Source of the DNA: a virus
Lineage: Duplodnaviria; Caudoviricetes
Length of the DNA stretch: 64,000 nucleotides
Reading direction: 5' to 3' (one strand)
IMG/VR virus record: IMGVR_UViG_3300022654_000689
How positions within the stretch are numbered: the first letter of the stretch is position 1; every line of letters starts with the position of its first letter. A program made the position numbers and the translations under genes. The notes under the pieces were generated by a model that saw nothing but the letters and a program-made list of their open reading frames with translations, was not told the DNA's origin and did no database searches. Shown in pieces: positions 32,315 to 45,100 of this stretch.

Positions 32315-32644
32315 ATGTTTGAATGGCAAATGATAAGTATGTATATAGAAGGGTTATTAGATGTTCAAAGAATTAATGTAGACCTGTCAGTTGATAAAAC
32401 TCATTATGTTGGGTTGGCTACTTTATGGGTGATGCCATTAGCTGAAGACGACGATACAAATGGAGCCGTCAGTTTTTATATGAAATTTAAGCTTGATAAT
32501 TTTGAACCTTATTATTTAAATGCTTATAAAGTAGGAAATGGATTTAATCATGATGATATTGATTTAACTGAAAATGAACGACATATTATAATAGAGAAAC
32601 TTACAAAAACTTTTAAAAGAGCCTATGCTGATTCACTTTTGTAA
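32315..32644 (+). CDS. Hypothetical protein (ends KRAYADSLL)
   Basis: SD GGAGG. Confidence 0.65.
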   Translation: MFEWQMISMYIEGLLDVQRINVDLSVDKTHYVGLATLWVMPLAEDDDTNGAVSFYMKFKLDNFEPYYLNAYKVGNGFNHDDIDLTENERHIIIEKLTKTFKRAYADSLL

Positions 32645-32693
32645 TTGCAAAATTTTAGTAACAGAAAATTAGTGAAATTTGGGAGGTATCTAT

Positions 32694-32918
32694 ATGAAAT
32701 ATTGGAGAGTCCAGTTGAATAATCATACAATCGTAGATTATATTAGTTCATTAGATATTGAAGATTTAAAAAATCAAATTAAAGAAAAATTTGATATTAG
32801 ATGTGATAATTTTATAGAATTCGAAAATTTTTGTCATTGTATTATAGATCAAACTAATTTATCACTATTTTTCACAGAAGTTTCAGAAAAAGAGTATGTA
32901 GATCATGTATTAAATTAA
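32694..32918 (+). CDS. Hypothetical protein (ends EKEYVDHVLN)
   Basis: SD GGGAGG before ATG 32694. Confidence 0.6.
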   Translation: MKYWRVQLNNHTIVDYISSLDIEDLKNQIKEKFDIRCDNFIEFENFCHCIIDQTNLSLFFTEVSEKEYVDHVLN

Positions 32919-32932
32919 ATGAAATTGGAGGT

Positions 32933-34752
32933 ATGTCTATGTATCAATTAGTAAACACAATGCTTATTAATAAGAATAAGAATAATCCATCTACAAAGAT
33001 AGTATTTGTTAGAAAAGATAAAGATGGTAATAAAACGTTTCAATATGTAGAAGACGTTAAATTAAAGTATTATTATAATAAACCAGAATATATGGACATA
33101 GGAATGGTAAACTTTATAGAACCTGAAAAGGTTAATGGTAGAATATGTAGATATGACGATTTATATAAAGATATGGCTAGTGTAATGAATGGTAAACTAA
33201 AAAATTTCTATATTGAAGCTGTTAATAGTGGTGAAGGTGTATTTAGTAAATTAAGACGAATGCATTTGGATTATGGTTTTCATGGAACTGATAAGAATAT
33301 AGTTGACAGTTATATAACTGCATTCTATAAAAAGCATAATCCTGATGAAAACTTATTTGGTATAACTAAGGCCTTCATGGATATAGAGGTTGATGGTAGT
33401 GTAATAGTAGGTTTCCCAGAACCAAGTTTAGCAGAGGCACCAGTCAATGTTATAACATTAGTTTGTGATAATGGACATGTATATACATTATGTCTTAAGT
33501 ATGATACAGAAACTTATGAAAATTGTATGTCCCGACAAGAAGAATTAATAAATGATTTAAAAGAAAGATATAAAGACACTAAATGGGATTTTAAATTTAA
33601 GATAGAAGAATTTGATGATGAATTAGATTTAATCAAAAGATTCTTTTATATTGTTAATGAAATTGAAAGACCTGATTTTATGGCAGCATGGAATGCAACA
33701 TTCGACTACCAATATCTATATAATCGTATAATAAGATTAGATGCCGATCCTGCAACTGTATGCTGTCCAGAAGATTTAGAATATAAAGGAGTTCATATTA
33801 AGATAGATACGAAGAATAGCGACCCTTGTGATAAATCTGACTTATTTGAATTTAACGGCTATAGCGTGTATGTTGATCAGCTTGCTATATATGCTAACCT
33901 ACGTAAATCAGCTAAAGAAGAATCATATGCATTGGATTATATAGGCGGTAAATTATTAGGAATTCATAAAGATAAAGTTGAAGGAGATATCAAAACATTC
34001 CATTTTGTAGATTATAGAAAGTTCCTATTCTACAATATACAAGATGCTATCATGTTATTACAGATAGAAGAAAAGAATAAAGACTTCGATCTATTCCAAA
34101 AAGTTGCATCATTAACAGAAACTAGAGTGACACATGCATTAAAGAAAACTGTGTGTTTAAGAAATCTAGCTGATAAATTCTATAGAGATAAAGGATTAAT
34201 AATTAGTAATAACCGTAGTAAACTTTATGTTAAAGACGAATCATCTAAGATACGTGGTGCGTTAAACTAACAGGCGCACGTTAAAGCTCTTTAATTGCTG
34301 GGAACTCCTATATGGACAATCAGCAGCCTTGAAAAAAGGTTCAACGACTATCGAAACCGTTAATAAGGGAGTAGAGTACCGAAAGGGAAACAAGAGCCGT
34401 CAGAAATGGCGATGATATAGTCTGATCTGTATAGCAATATACAGTTAACACATATGTTGTTGGGGATCCAAATCATACAGCATTTAATGGTATGGAGATA
34501 GCAGGTCGAGTTAGTAAGTTCTTATATGAATCAGTAATAGATTTCGACTTAAGTTCTCTATATCCTTCAATAATACTTGCATTTAATATATCACCTGAGA
34601 CATGTATTGGTAAAGTTAAGATAGATAGTGATATAGGTAATGCTGAACAATTATTAAATGATTTTGCTTCTGGCGATGTAATAAACTTTGGTAAGAAATG
34701 GATGAATTTACCAGGTATAGAAGATATTCTTAATGAGATTGATAATATATAA
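32933..34752 (+). CDS. Split family-B DNA polymerase, subunit with 3'-5' exonuclease and motif A (exons 32933..34262 and 34457..34752)
   Basis: FMDIEV, AWNATFD, YNIQD exonuclease motifs; spliced IRGAFVGDP; DFDLSSLYPSII..NISPET. Confidence 0.92.
34263..34456 (+). mobile_element. Group I intron, ORF-less, 194 nt
   Basis: P1 GUGCGU/GCGCAC; core nearly identical to the intron at 461; terminal G at 34456; removal restores the frame. Confidence 0.92.
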
Positions 34753-34786
34753 TAAACGTATAATGTATAATAGGAGGCTATAACTT

Positions 34787-35443
34787 ATGAATAAATTTAA
34801 TGTCGGAGATCAAGTAGTATGCAAGAGTTCACACTTCGCTTTTGCCATAGATATGGCAACTGGAAGTGTGTCAGTTAATGATTTCTTAGATATAGAATTA
34901 AATTCTGAAGGGATTTATAAAGGTGTAATACAAAGACCAGAAGATATAAATCCTAGTGGTGAAATGGCTCAACAATTTAAAGCAATAGCAAAACCTGAAT
35001 ATGAGGTAGTTGAAGTTTCTGGTAGAACATATGTAACTGATATGATTAGATGGGATACTTTTACAGAGTCTAAAATCGCAGATGACGAATATGAAAAAAT
35101 GATGGAAGACATATTAAAATCAACTCCAAAAAGTATAACTAAAAAACAATCAATGAATACACAAGCAGTTACAAAAGAAAAAGAAATTGTTAAGGAAATT
35201 ACAAAGCCTACAGTATATGATGAATTTAAGAAAAAGTATGAATTGCTTAAGAGATATCTTGGTATGATGGGAGTAAATGAAAATGATGCTAAAGAAGCTG
35301 TTGTTAAAGAGGAAGTAACAAAGATAACGGCTAAGTATTTAGAGATAGATAATCATAATGATTGTGCTGAATGTGTCAAATTAGTATTTAATATTATTGA
35401 TAATATTGATGAATTTATAAAAGATATAGAAAACCTTAATTAA
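34787..35443 (+). CDS. Hypothetical protein
   Basis: SD GGAGG. Confidence 0.65.
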   Translation: MNKFNVGDQVVCKSSHFAFAIDMATGSVSVNDFLDIELNSEGIYKGVIQRPEDINPSGEMAQQFKAIAKPEYEVVEVSGRTYVTDMIRWDTFTESKIADDEYEKMMEDILKSTPKSITKKQSMNTQAVTKEKEIVKEITKPTVYDEFKKKYELLKRYLGMMGVNENDAKEAVVKEEVTKITAKYLEIDNHNDCAECVKLVFNIIDNIDEFIKDIENLN

Positions 35444-35479
35444 GGTTTTCTATATTAAAATTATTTGGAGGTGTAATGT

Positions 35480-35863
35480 ATGTATTATATAGAAGTTGTT
35501 GAAGATTTTAATTTATTCGATTTTGTAGATGAAAACGAAATTAACAAAAAAACATACATCGAGGATAATCTTTCAGATGTTGTAAAGCGTATTAGTAATA
35601 TTGTAATAGAAACCAACATACCTAAAAACGAAACTAAACAACTTCTTTTAAGCTCAAATGGGTATATGAATTTATTACACTCCGATGAATTAAGTGAACA
35701 ATACTTAGATGAGAGTATAAATCGAGCATTTCGCAATAATGATGATATTAAAGTAACATTGATGTCGACTGAAGATGAAGATGATTGTACCACATCATTA
35801 TCAACATATATGTATTCGATTTATATCAAGAACGAAAAAAGCTATGTAGAATCAATATTATAG
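35480..35863 (+). CDS. Hypothetical protein (ends EKSYVESIL)
   Basis: SD GGAGGTG. Confidence 0.65.
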   Translation: MYYIEVVEDFNLFDFVDENEINKKTYIEDNLSDVVKRISNIVIETNIPKNETKQLLLSSNGYMNLLHSDELSEQYLDESINRAFRNNDDIKVTLMSTEDEDDCTTSLSTYMYSIYIKNEKSYVESIL

Positions 35864-35873
35864 GAGGAATGAT

Positions 35874-36626
35874 ATGATTAATATAAGCGCTAAGTATTAT
35901 AACAAATGTGTTAAATTCTTTATAGACGTTATTAAAAAGTATAGAACTAATGATGAAGATATAGTTAGTATAGATGATGATGGAAATCTATATGTATATA
36001 ATTCAGAAACAGTACCAGAATATTATACAATGCATCCAATATATAGAAAATGGAAAAAAGATAATAAAAAACTTACGATTGCTGATGAAGAAGAAGTTAA
36101 AGCGGTTAACAATTTTATAGACAAATTTAAAAATTATGGATTAAAACCTATAGAAATTATAGAGATTGGTAAGAACTTAACTGGTAAAAATGTCACAAAC
36201 ATAATATTACGTGAAGACAAAATGACTATAACATTAGAAGATAAAATTGATAAGAAAAACCCAGGTAAATTATTAGGAAGTTATGATTTTGATATAAATT
36301 TATATGAAAAAGAAGCACCTAAGTATGACATGACTAATATAGAATGCGATAATTATAAAGAATACGAAGATGTATTAGCTACAGATATATTAGGAAAACG
36401 TTTACAAATTAAAGATGATGTGTTTATAGATATCTGGAAGGCTCACTTCATGGCATTTGACGCATTTACATTAGACACAGTATACTTATTAGAAGAAACG
36501 GAAGATACAGTGTTATTAATATTAGAAAGTAATCTTAAAGAAGAATTGATAGATAAGTCAAAATCGGGTAATACTTATTTTGACAACGTATATTGTTTTT
36601 ATCGTATAGCCAAATGTAGAGCCTAA
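35874..36626 (+). CDS. Hypothetical protein
   Basis: SD AGGAGG. Confidence 0.65.
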   Translation: MINISAKYYNKCVKFFIDVIKKYRTNDEDIVSIDDDGNLYVYNSETVPEYYTMHPIYRKWKKDNKKLTIADEEEVKAVNNFIDKFKNYGLKPIEIIEIGKNLTGKNVTNIILREDKMTITLEDKIDKKNPGKLLGSYDFDINLYEKEAPKYDMTNIECDNYKEYEDVLATDILGKRLQIKDDVFIDIWKAHFMAFDAFTLDTVYLLEETEDTVLLILESNLKEELIDKSKSGNTYFDNVYCFYRIAKCRA

Positions 36627-36661
36627 CCAGGCTCTATTTTTTTTATAAGGAGGGTACGTAA

Positions 36662-39061
36662 ATGGCGAGAAATAATAGCAAAAAGACTCAAAATGATATA
36701 GATAAGCTAGAACGCGATATAATGGGTATTTCTAAAAAAGATGCTAAATTAATATCTGACATAGAAACAATTAGTAAAATTATTGATGACAATAATGTTG
36801 AATTTGAAAAATATTTAGGAAAAGCACCTATTGAAATGCTTACAACACTAACTGCTGCTAAGAATTCAATAGAAAATCTTAATAGAATGAGGTTAGGAAC
36901 AAACAAAAAGAATTTATCAGGTAAAGCAATTCTTAATGATGTTATAAAATCATCTAAACTATCTAATTTATTTGAATTAGAGAAAAAACGTATGGATAGA
37001 TATGAAGACTATAAATTAGTTGAGTGCTATATACCTGAAATATCTTATTGTCTTGACCTTATAAGAGATAGTGTAGTTTCACCGGATGATGTAACTAAAG
37101 AATCTATACATATAGAATATCTTGATAAACCAATAGATGAAATAAGTTCAGATGAAGCTAAGAACTTTAGATTATTGGAAAAGAAATTTAAAATAGAAAC
37201 TATGTTTAATAATGCTATAAGAGATACTTTAATGCTAGGAGATCAATTTATAGCAACTATGAAATTTGACGATGAAATGAATGATATGTTAGCTAGACGT
37301 GTTAATGGTCAATTTCATAATTCGGTAATGATACATGAAGATGATAAAACTTTATTAAATGAAAATTTTGTTGATTTAGAAGACGAAGCATTAGAGTCAT
37401 TAGCTGAAGAATTCATAAATATACAACAGTATTTAAAGAAAGAAAATCGTTCTAAAGATAAAGAGTTTCAAGTAGTAGATGTTAAAAAGGGACTTAGAAA
37501 AAAAGTAGCAGATATAGTAAACGATAGATTTCAATTTGATGAAATGCCAATAACTGGATTCGTTGCTGATACTATGGTTGAATTAAACGATTTTAATAAA
37601 GCAAATGCTAGAATGAATAGTTCATTCCAACCAATCAAAATGGATGGAGCAGTTGTTAAAAAACTAGATCCTGCCAAAACTGTTAAGCTTTATTCAGATG
37701 GAGTATGTTATGGATATCTTTATATAGAAACTCAAGATGTTAATAGTACTAAATCTGGTAAGAAAAATCGTGAGGTTGCAGATGGAGTTCCCTTCCAAGA
37801 TATAATGGGACAGGCTACAGGAGATTTTTTCGCTAATAATTATGGTTCAATAGTTAAAAATGATACAATGAATAAAGATAAACTTATAGCAGATGTATTT
37901 GGTAAAGCGCTAGAACGTAAATTAGATCGTAAATTCATAACTAAGAATAAAGAGTTTAAAGAATACATATATCATTTATGTAAAACTAAAGAAATATTCA
38001 ATAGTAAAATTAAAATATCTTACTTTACTCCTGAAGAAGTTACTCATCTTTGTATAGGTATGAAAGAAGATGGTTATGGCACTTCAATATTGTCTAAATC
38101 ATTATTCTTTGCATTAATATACATAGCTACATTAATAACTGAATTAATGATAAAACTTTCTAGAAGTAAAGATAAAAGAGCTATATATGTTGATGTCGGT
38201 ATAGATAACGATATAGAAGGGGCTATACAAGAAGTTGTATCTGACATAAAATCTAAAGAAATACATATGTCAGATTTAGAAAGTATAAGCTCAATCAAAG
38301 ATGTGTGTTCTTCATTTGATGATTACTTTATACCAGTTATAGATGGAGAAGAACCTATAAGATTTGATAGTATACCAGGACAAGAAAGTGAAGTAGATGG
38401 AGAATTCCTTAAAGACTTATTAAGATCTATAATAACAGGTATGGGATTGCCATCTAACTTAGTTGATGCTACACAAGACGTAGATTTTGCTAGAACTCTT
38501 ATTCAACAAAATGCAAACTTTATAAAACGTATAGTTGTATTACAAAGAGAGCTTAGCGAACAACTTGGAGAGCTTATCAATAATTTATATACATGTGAAT
38601 ATAAATCTACATTAACTAAACTTAACAAAAGTAAAGGTAAAAAGAATAATGCTAAAATGACTGGATTTTCAGTTAACTTCCCAAGTCCTAATTACTTAGT
38701 AATGTCTAACTTAAATGAACAATTATCAACAGTAACTACTACTATAGATTTCATATTAGATACATATATAGATCAAAATACAATGGGAATGGATGAAAAC
38801 GAAGGTAAAAAAAGAGCATTATTTAAACGTGAAATAACTAAAGATTTAGTTACCAATCTTGATTGGAATAAATATGACGATATGCTTAAAAAAGTTGAAG
38901 GTGAAATGCGTTTAGATAAAGCTAAGCAAAGATTAATACCTGATGAAACAGCTGGCGGAGTAACAGATGAAGAACTACAAGGTATGATGGGAAATGACCA
39001 AGGCGGAGGAGACGATGGTTTAGGAGATTTAGGATCTGACGGACTTGATGGTGGATTTTAA
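36662..39061 (+). CDS. Portal protein (jumbo-phage type)
   Basis: IPEISYCLDLIRDSVVSPD, LMLGDQF, YGTSIL, ITGMGLP, DFARTL motifs; acidic Gly-rich tail. Confidence 0.75.
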   Translation: MARNNSKKTQNDIDKLERDIMGISKKDAKLISDIETISKIIDDNNVEFEKYLGKAPIEMLTTLTAAKNSIENLNRMRLGTNKKNLSGKAILNDVIKSSKLSNLFELEKKRMDRYEDYKLVECYIPEISYCLDLIRDSVVSPDDVTKESIHIEYLDKPIDEISSDEAKNFRLLEKKFKIETMFNNAIRDTLMLGDQFIATMKFDDEMNDMLARRVNGQFHNSVMIHEDDKTLLNENFVDLEDEALESLAEEFINIQQYLKKENRSKDKEFQVVDVKKGLRKKVADIVNDRFQFDEMPITGFVADTMVELNDFNKANARMNSSFQPIKMDGAVVKKLDPAKTVKLYSDGVCYGYLYIETQDVNSTKSGKKNREVADGVPFQDIMGQATGDFFANNYGSIVKNDTMNKDKLIADVFGKALERKLDRKFITKNKEFKEYIYHLCKTKEIFNSKIKISYFTPEEVTHLCIGMKEDGYGTSILSKSLFFALIYIATLITELMIKLSRSKDKRAIYVDVGIDNDIEGAIQEVVSDIKSKEIHMSDLESISSIKDVCSSFDDYFIPVIDGEEPIRFDSIPGQESEVDGEFLKDLLRSIITGMGLPSNLVDATQDVDFARTLIQQNANFIKRIVVLQRELSEQLGELINNLYTCEYKSTLTKLNKSKGKKNNAKMTGFSVNFPSPNYLVMSNLNEQLSTVTTTIDFILDTYIDQNTMGMDENEGKKRALFKREITKDLVTNLDWNKYDDMLKKVEGEMRLDKAKQRLIPDETAGGVTDEELQGMMGNDQGGGDDGLGDLGSDGLDGGF

Positions 39062-39065
39062 TAAT

Positions 39066-39097
39066 AAAAGAGAATGATCATAAAGATCATTCTCTTT
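39066..39097. terminator. Bidirectional terminator
   Basis: AAAGAGAATGATC/GATCATTCTCTTT stem between convergent genes. Confidence 0.7.
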
Positions 39098-39107
39098 ATT
39101 TTTTTTT

Positions 39108-42100
39108 TTATTTCCAAGTAGTTGGTATACTTGCATAGTTAGTTAAATTAGTACATCCTGTAAAACAATTTGATTTAACTGCACTTGGATAAATATTCCA
39201 TACAGAAGGCGCAACCCCTGTAAGCGCAGAACAACCATTGAATGTTGATTGCATGTTAGAAATTCTAGGGTTTTTAGCTATAGTTAATAAAGTAGCACTA
39301 ATAGCAGTAAGTTTCTTACAATTATTGAATGCAAATGCCATATTTTCAAGTAATTGCATTCTAGAGAATAATGTGTTAGGTATTTCACCTTTAAGCTGTC
39401 CATTGTTATAGAATAAATAATCTATATTATTAATAAATGTATTATTTCTAAATAACCCACCTGGTATTTGACCTTCTAAATTAGTCATATAAGCAAAAGC
39501 CCAACCTACATCTGTTAGTGATAAATTATTAACAAAAATATCTTCCTCTACAAAATAAGGATTAACGTCTGTAAGCTCTGCTGAGTTTTTACCTAAACCA
39601 GTACAATATGCGAATATTGCTCTTATTGAAGTAGCAGCTTTACATTTCTTGAATAAATCAGTAGGAATTGGTCCAGTTAATGATGTACATCTTTGGAACA
39701 CTCCTCCTAAATTTGTAGTATTTACAAGATTTCTGAATATACCTTCAGGTATCATGCCTCTCATTCTATTACAATTATCAAACATACTTGATATATTAAG
39801 TATTGGAGAGTCTATTTCAACATAATCTTCAACATACTTAGATTTTTCAGTATCTTCAAGTGATTCATATGCAGATTTTGTAATAGGTGCTTCAGTTATA
39901 ATACGTTTCATTGTTTCAGTATTAATTTTGTAATATACTTTTTCTGCTGTTTTATTTAATATAGTAAATATATTTTCATCCAATTGTCCGTCAAAGTAAG
40001 TACATCCTTGGAATAACGATGAAACGTCTCCAAGTCTTACACAATCTTGGAACATGAATGGATGAAGTGTAAAGTTTATATTTTCACATCCACTGAACAT
40101 ACCAGCAATAGTTTCTAACATAGGTTTATTAGAGAAGAAATCTTCAGGTATATCTGTAGCAGTACCATCTTGTTTTCCTATACCGGTTCCTTGGAATACT
40201 CCATCAGCTTTTCTTATTTTAGAACAGTTTTTCCAGAAATCTGTCTTAATAGCTCCCGTTAAACCTTTACAGTTTGCAAATAAACTAGATATATCTGTAA
40301 CATTAGGGATATACGATAATAAATCCATTGGTATATCACCAGTTAATCTATCACAGTTTCCAAATGCATTACGTAAAATTGTAAGTTTTGAATTGTTTGC
40401 GAACAGTGTACCAGGTATAGAACCTGATATATTATTTATATATGAGTGTTCAGAATCTCCTATATCTCTTGCAAACATAGATTGAATAGTTGTAAGTTCT
40501 TTATTATTTGCAAATAGATTTGGAGGTATAGATCCTTCTAATTTTAAACAGTTATAGAACATTTCTTGTGTTGTAGTTAGCATTGGAAGATTTGCAAAGA
40601 AGTCGTTATCCAATGTAAATACGGCTTCTAATAATCCATAGAAACATCCATATAAACTTGTAATTTTAGGATTATTTCTAAATAATTTAGATGTTGGACC
40701 TTGAGTTATTCCAGTATTTGATGCAACGTAACCAAACAACCACGTTACTGTTGTAAGTTCTCCGTTATTTGCAAATAAATCATCAGGTATATTTCCACTA
40801 GCACCTTCTAAAGCGGCTGTTACCGTTTTTAGTTGTGTATTATTTGCAAAGAAGTCTGGTGGAACTTGTCCTGTCATTTTAATTCCTCTGAATGGATACT
40901 GTAGCGTTTTAATATTAGTTAATTTACTTAATAAATCAGATTCAAATTTACCACCGGTTATTTGAGCCCCACTAAATATATTATCTATAGTTTCACATGT
41001 TTCACCGAGACTTGCAAATATTGCTTTTACATTATCCCATTTTAATGATTGGCATGTATCAAAACTATGGTACATATATTTAACTTTAGATAAATCCATC
41101 TCAGGCAGTGTTACTAATTTAGTACAATTTGTAAATGTTTGACGCATATCACCTTTTACTACTAATTTTCCAGTAATTGATTTTAATTCTCTACATCCTT
41201 GGAATGTATAGTTTGCATTGTCTAGTTCCAAATTCATATTTCTTATTTCTTTTAAAGAAGTACAATTTTGGAATGACACGTTTGACATTGCAGGGAATCT
41301 TCCTAAGTCAAGATAAGTAGGTTTAGCTTCACTACCAAATTGTAATGATTGAATTCCTGATTCTGTAACTATTATACTACTTAATGAAGTTAAATTTTCA
41401 TTAAGACGAATATTATGGATATTAAATGATCCTCTTATATTTAACATTTCAAGAGATACAGAGTCTCTTAAATCAAGTTCTGTCATCTTAGTATTAGTTA
41501 AGTTAGCAGCATTTAATGATTTAAGATTTTCACAACCTCTTAACGATAATTCAGTTATGTGTCCGTTGTTAGATATATCTAAATTAGTTATTTTCGCACA
41601 ATTTTGTATTGTAAGTGATTCAAGTTTAGTATTCGTTATACTTAGATTGTAAAGTGCGTTACAGTCTTTTATTCTAACCGTTGCTAAGTCCGCGCAGTTA
41701 TCCATATAAATTGCATCAAGGAATTCTTGTTTATTACAGTCTAATATTGTAACTTTTGAACCGCTAAGATCAAAATATTCTAATGATCCCCCATTTTCAT
41801 TAAGAGCGACTTCACCTATTTGAGTGTTACTTAAATCTATATATTTAAGAGCTACGCACTCTGTTAAATTTATAGATTTATAGTTAGGGTTTGATCCTAA
41901 TAATGCACAATTCTTACAGTTAAGTTTTTGAAGCATTGTATTTTTACCAACTTCTAATTGGATTATACGTTTATTATCGGGTATGCTAAGTTCACATAGT
42001 TGTCTTGCACTACCAAGTAGTAATGATGACACATTAAGGAATTCTATACCATCAATATACATAACACCGTCTATACCTTTAATAGGCATATTATTGTCGA

Positions 42101-45100
42101 CAGCATTTTGTATTCGCCCCGTTACACTATACCATTGGTCTTTATTACAGAAGAATTTCTTTTTACCTTCAGCTTGGTCAGAGAATGATACCTGTATCCA
42201 TTGAGGTGATGCTGTTTTAAAGTTTAATGTATATTCTCCGTCTGGTACGTTAGAACGTATAACTGCAGAATTTTGCCATGTTCCATATTCATAAACGCTA
42301 TCAAGATAAACAAAACGTTCACTTACCCAACGTTTCATATGTTCAAGTCTCGATCCGTTAGACATGTATATCCATGCACTATTTTCTTCATTAACATATT
42401 TTATACGTTGATCTTCGTTATAGAATGTTTCTCCTATCTTATTAATTATTTCACTTTCAAAGAATTCCATTATTTTTTCATAAGAGAATATTCCATTAGA
42501 ACGTAAGTACATATATCTTTCAGCTATTTCATTTCCGAACATTTCTTTCAATTTAACCCATAAGTTAGATTGAGATGTATTGAAATCATCGAATTGCATA
42601 TCTATACCTGGTCCATATCTTAACTGACCGTCATTTGTAAGACCCAACATTGAGTCACACAGTTATGTTAATCTAGATATCTCTATCTAGCTCAGACTAT
42701 CGCACATCCCATATAGGGATTTGTCTCGTTTAGTCGTTCAGCGTGATTTAAGTTCATTAATAAATTGAATGACTAATTTTTCAATATTATCTTTTTCCCA
42801 ATAAGGTATTCTAAGTAAAGTTATATCGTTGTCTTTGCAATATTTATTTTTAATTTCGTCTCGTTGTTGTGTTATCTTTAATTGTTCTTTAGCATATTCT
42901 TCACCTTTACCTGCAAAATCTACAGGTTTGAAGTGTTGTTCTCCATCATATTCTATTGCAGCGTTTAATGTTTCAAGAAATACATCAAATCTAAAGTAAT
43001 TATTATCATCTACTTTTACAAAATATTCTTGTTTATGCGGAATGTTTTGTTCTACCAACACATCTGATAAAATTTTATTATTTTTACTATGAACACAACC
43101 ACATGAATATGTATAACCACCGGAAACCATACTTCCCACGATATTTTTAATAGTTCCACAATCACATTTACATTCGTATACATTTTTTCCATGTTCATTT
43201 AAACCAATTTTCTTTAATATTGTTAGTTTTCCAAATTTCATTCCAGTTATATCTTTTTCATGTTTTTCTCTTAACATTAATTTACGTTTACAACCGCAAT
43301 TTGTGCTTTTACCTTCAAAAATGTTATATGCTCTTACATTACTTATAGTTCCACAATCACATTTACACATAAAGTGTGAATCGTCAACAACTTTCAAAAT
43401 AGTCCAGCTTTCTATATGTTTACCAACATAATCTGCTAGATTATATTTAATTTTTTCACAACCACAAGATTTAATTTTATTTTCTTTTAGCTTTTGAGCT
43501 GGAACACTAGTTGTATTTCCGCACTCGCATTTGCAAATCCAATAAACTGGACTGCTAGAACGTAATCCTTTTCGTCTTTCTTCTCGTAATATTTTATTTT
43601 TTTCTTCATCTTTACTTAGAACTAATAATTTTCCAAATTTCATTCCTTTTTCTATCTTCATTTCGTAACCCCCTAATCTATGATATAATATTGTTAGGGT
43701 TTATTTATTAATTTTTAAATCTTCGCCCCTGTTGTCCATAAAGGAGTTCCAAGTCAATTAGAGACAATTTTTCCATATAATATTTCTATTATAGGCGACC
43801 ATTGTGTTAATCGTAAAACGATGGATACCAAATTGTATTACCTTCGGCGTTCTTACCAAATGTAGTAAGAACCATATTCTTACCAAAGTTATCTACAAGC
43901 CCGAAGCAATATACTATAAGATAATAGTCGATTAAATGTGTTACTGAAAAGTGTTCTTTTAATTCACTTCTAAATTCTTCAAGTGTACTATTTTTAACCC
44001 AAGATACTAAGTCTTGTAACTCTGAATGGTAACCTGCTTTAAGAACAGTGACAGCGTTATCTCCAGCACCTATAGTTTCACATACAACACTTTCATCCCC
44101 TGCATAGTGGAAACGGCTTTCAAATTCATTACGTATACTTTCCCAAGAATCATCAGCAAATGCCCCTGCTCCAGTTACCGAGTTAACTGCAATTTCATAA
44201 GACACTGCATTTTTTTCTCCTGTAAGACCCATATTATTATATGCATAACGGTCTATATTGAACATGTATATACCCATAGATTTTCCGTTAATTATTAATC
44301 TTACCGGGAAACCATCTATAGCAGATCTAGTAAGTGGATTCTTAATTTGTTGTGGGTACGGTGTATTAACTTTATTAAAGAACCAGTTAACATATCTTGC
44401 TGCTCCAACGTTGTTTGCTTGTGAAGAGTCCATAAAATTGGCCTTAAGCGTATATCGACTTTCTGGTATCCAATCATCTTTTGGAGCGTATTCCCAATTG
44501 TTACCTCCGTCTCTTAGTTTTATAGTGTAGTTTTTAACTGGGTACTCTAGTGATGAAGTACCTTGCCATGATACTTGACAACCTTCTTTACGGAAACGTT
44601 TACTAGGATCTAATGGGTCATCATAGTCTAGAGTAAGATTTTTAGCAACTTCTCCTGACATACCTTCCATTACACCTTCAAATTTTAAAGTAGGTATTGT
44701 GGAATCTCCGTAGTTTAGTTCTCTTTTTGCTAGTTGTTCATCTCTATCTTTTATGTCGGCTATAACATTTTGTAGAATTTCTTCATCAGTTAATGCGCAA
44801 TCATATATACGGAAATTTTTAATAGCACATTGTGCATAATGAGGTATCGGTCTTCCTTGTTCGTCAAGATTATCCTCAATCTCATCAAATGAAGCACCTA
44901 ATATAATTTTACCATCAAATGAGAATGGTTCTGTAGATGACATATACGCTGCTTTAGTTATAACACCATTTACGTACTGAATCATTATATTCTGGTCTCT
45001 GTCTATGACCCACGTCATACGTGTCCAAGTATCATCTTGGAATTGGCATTCAGTTATTTTGGAGTTTCTACTACGTAAACTACCTACTTGAGTATCTATA

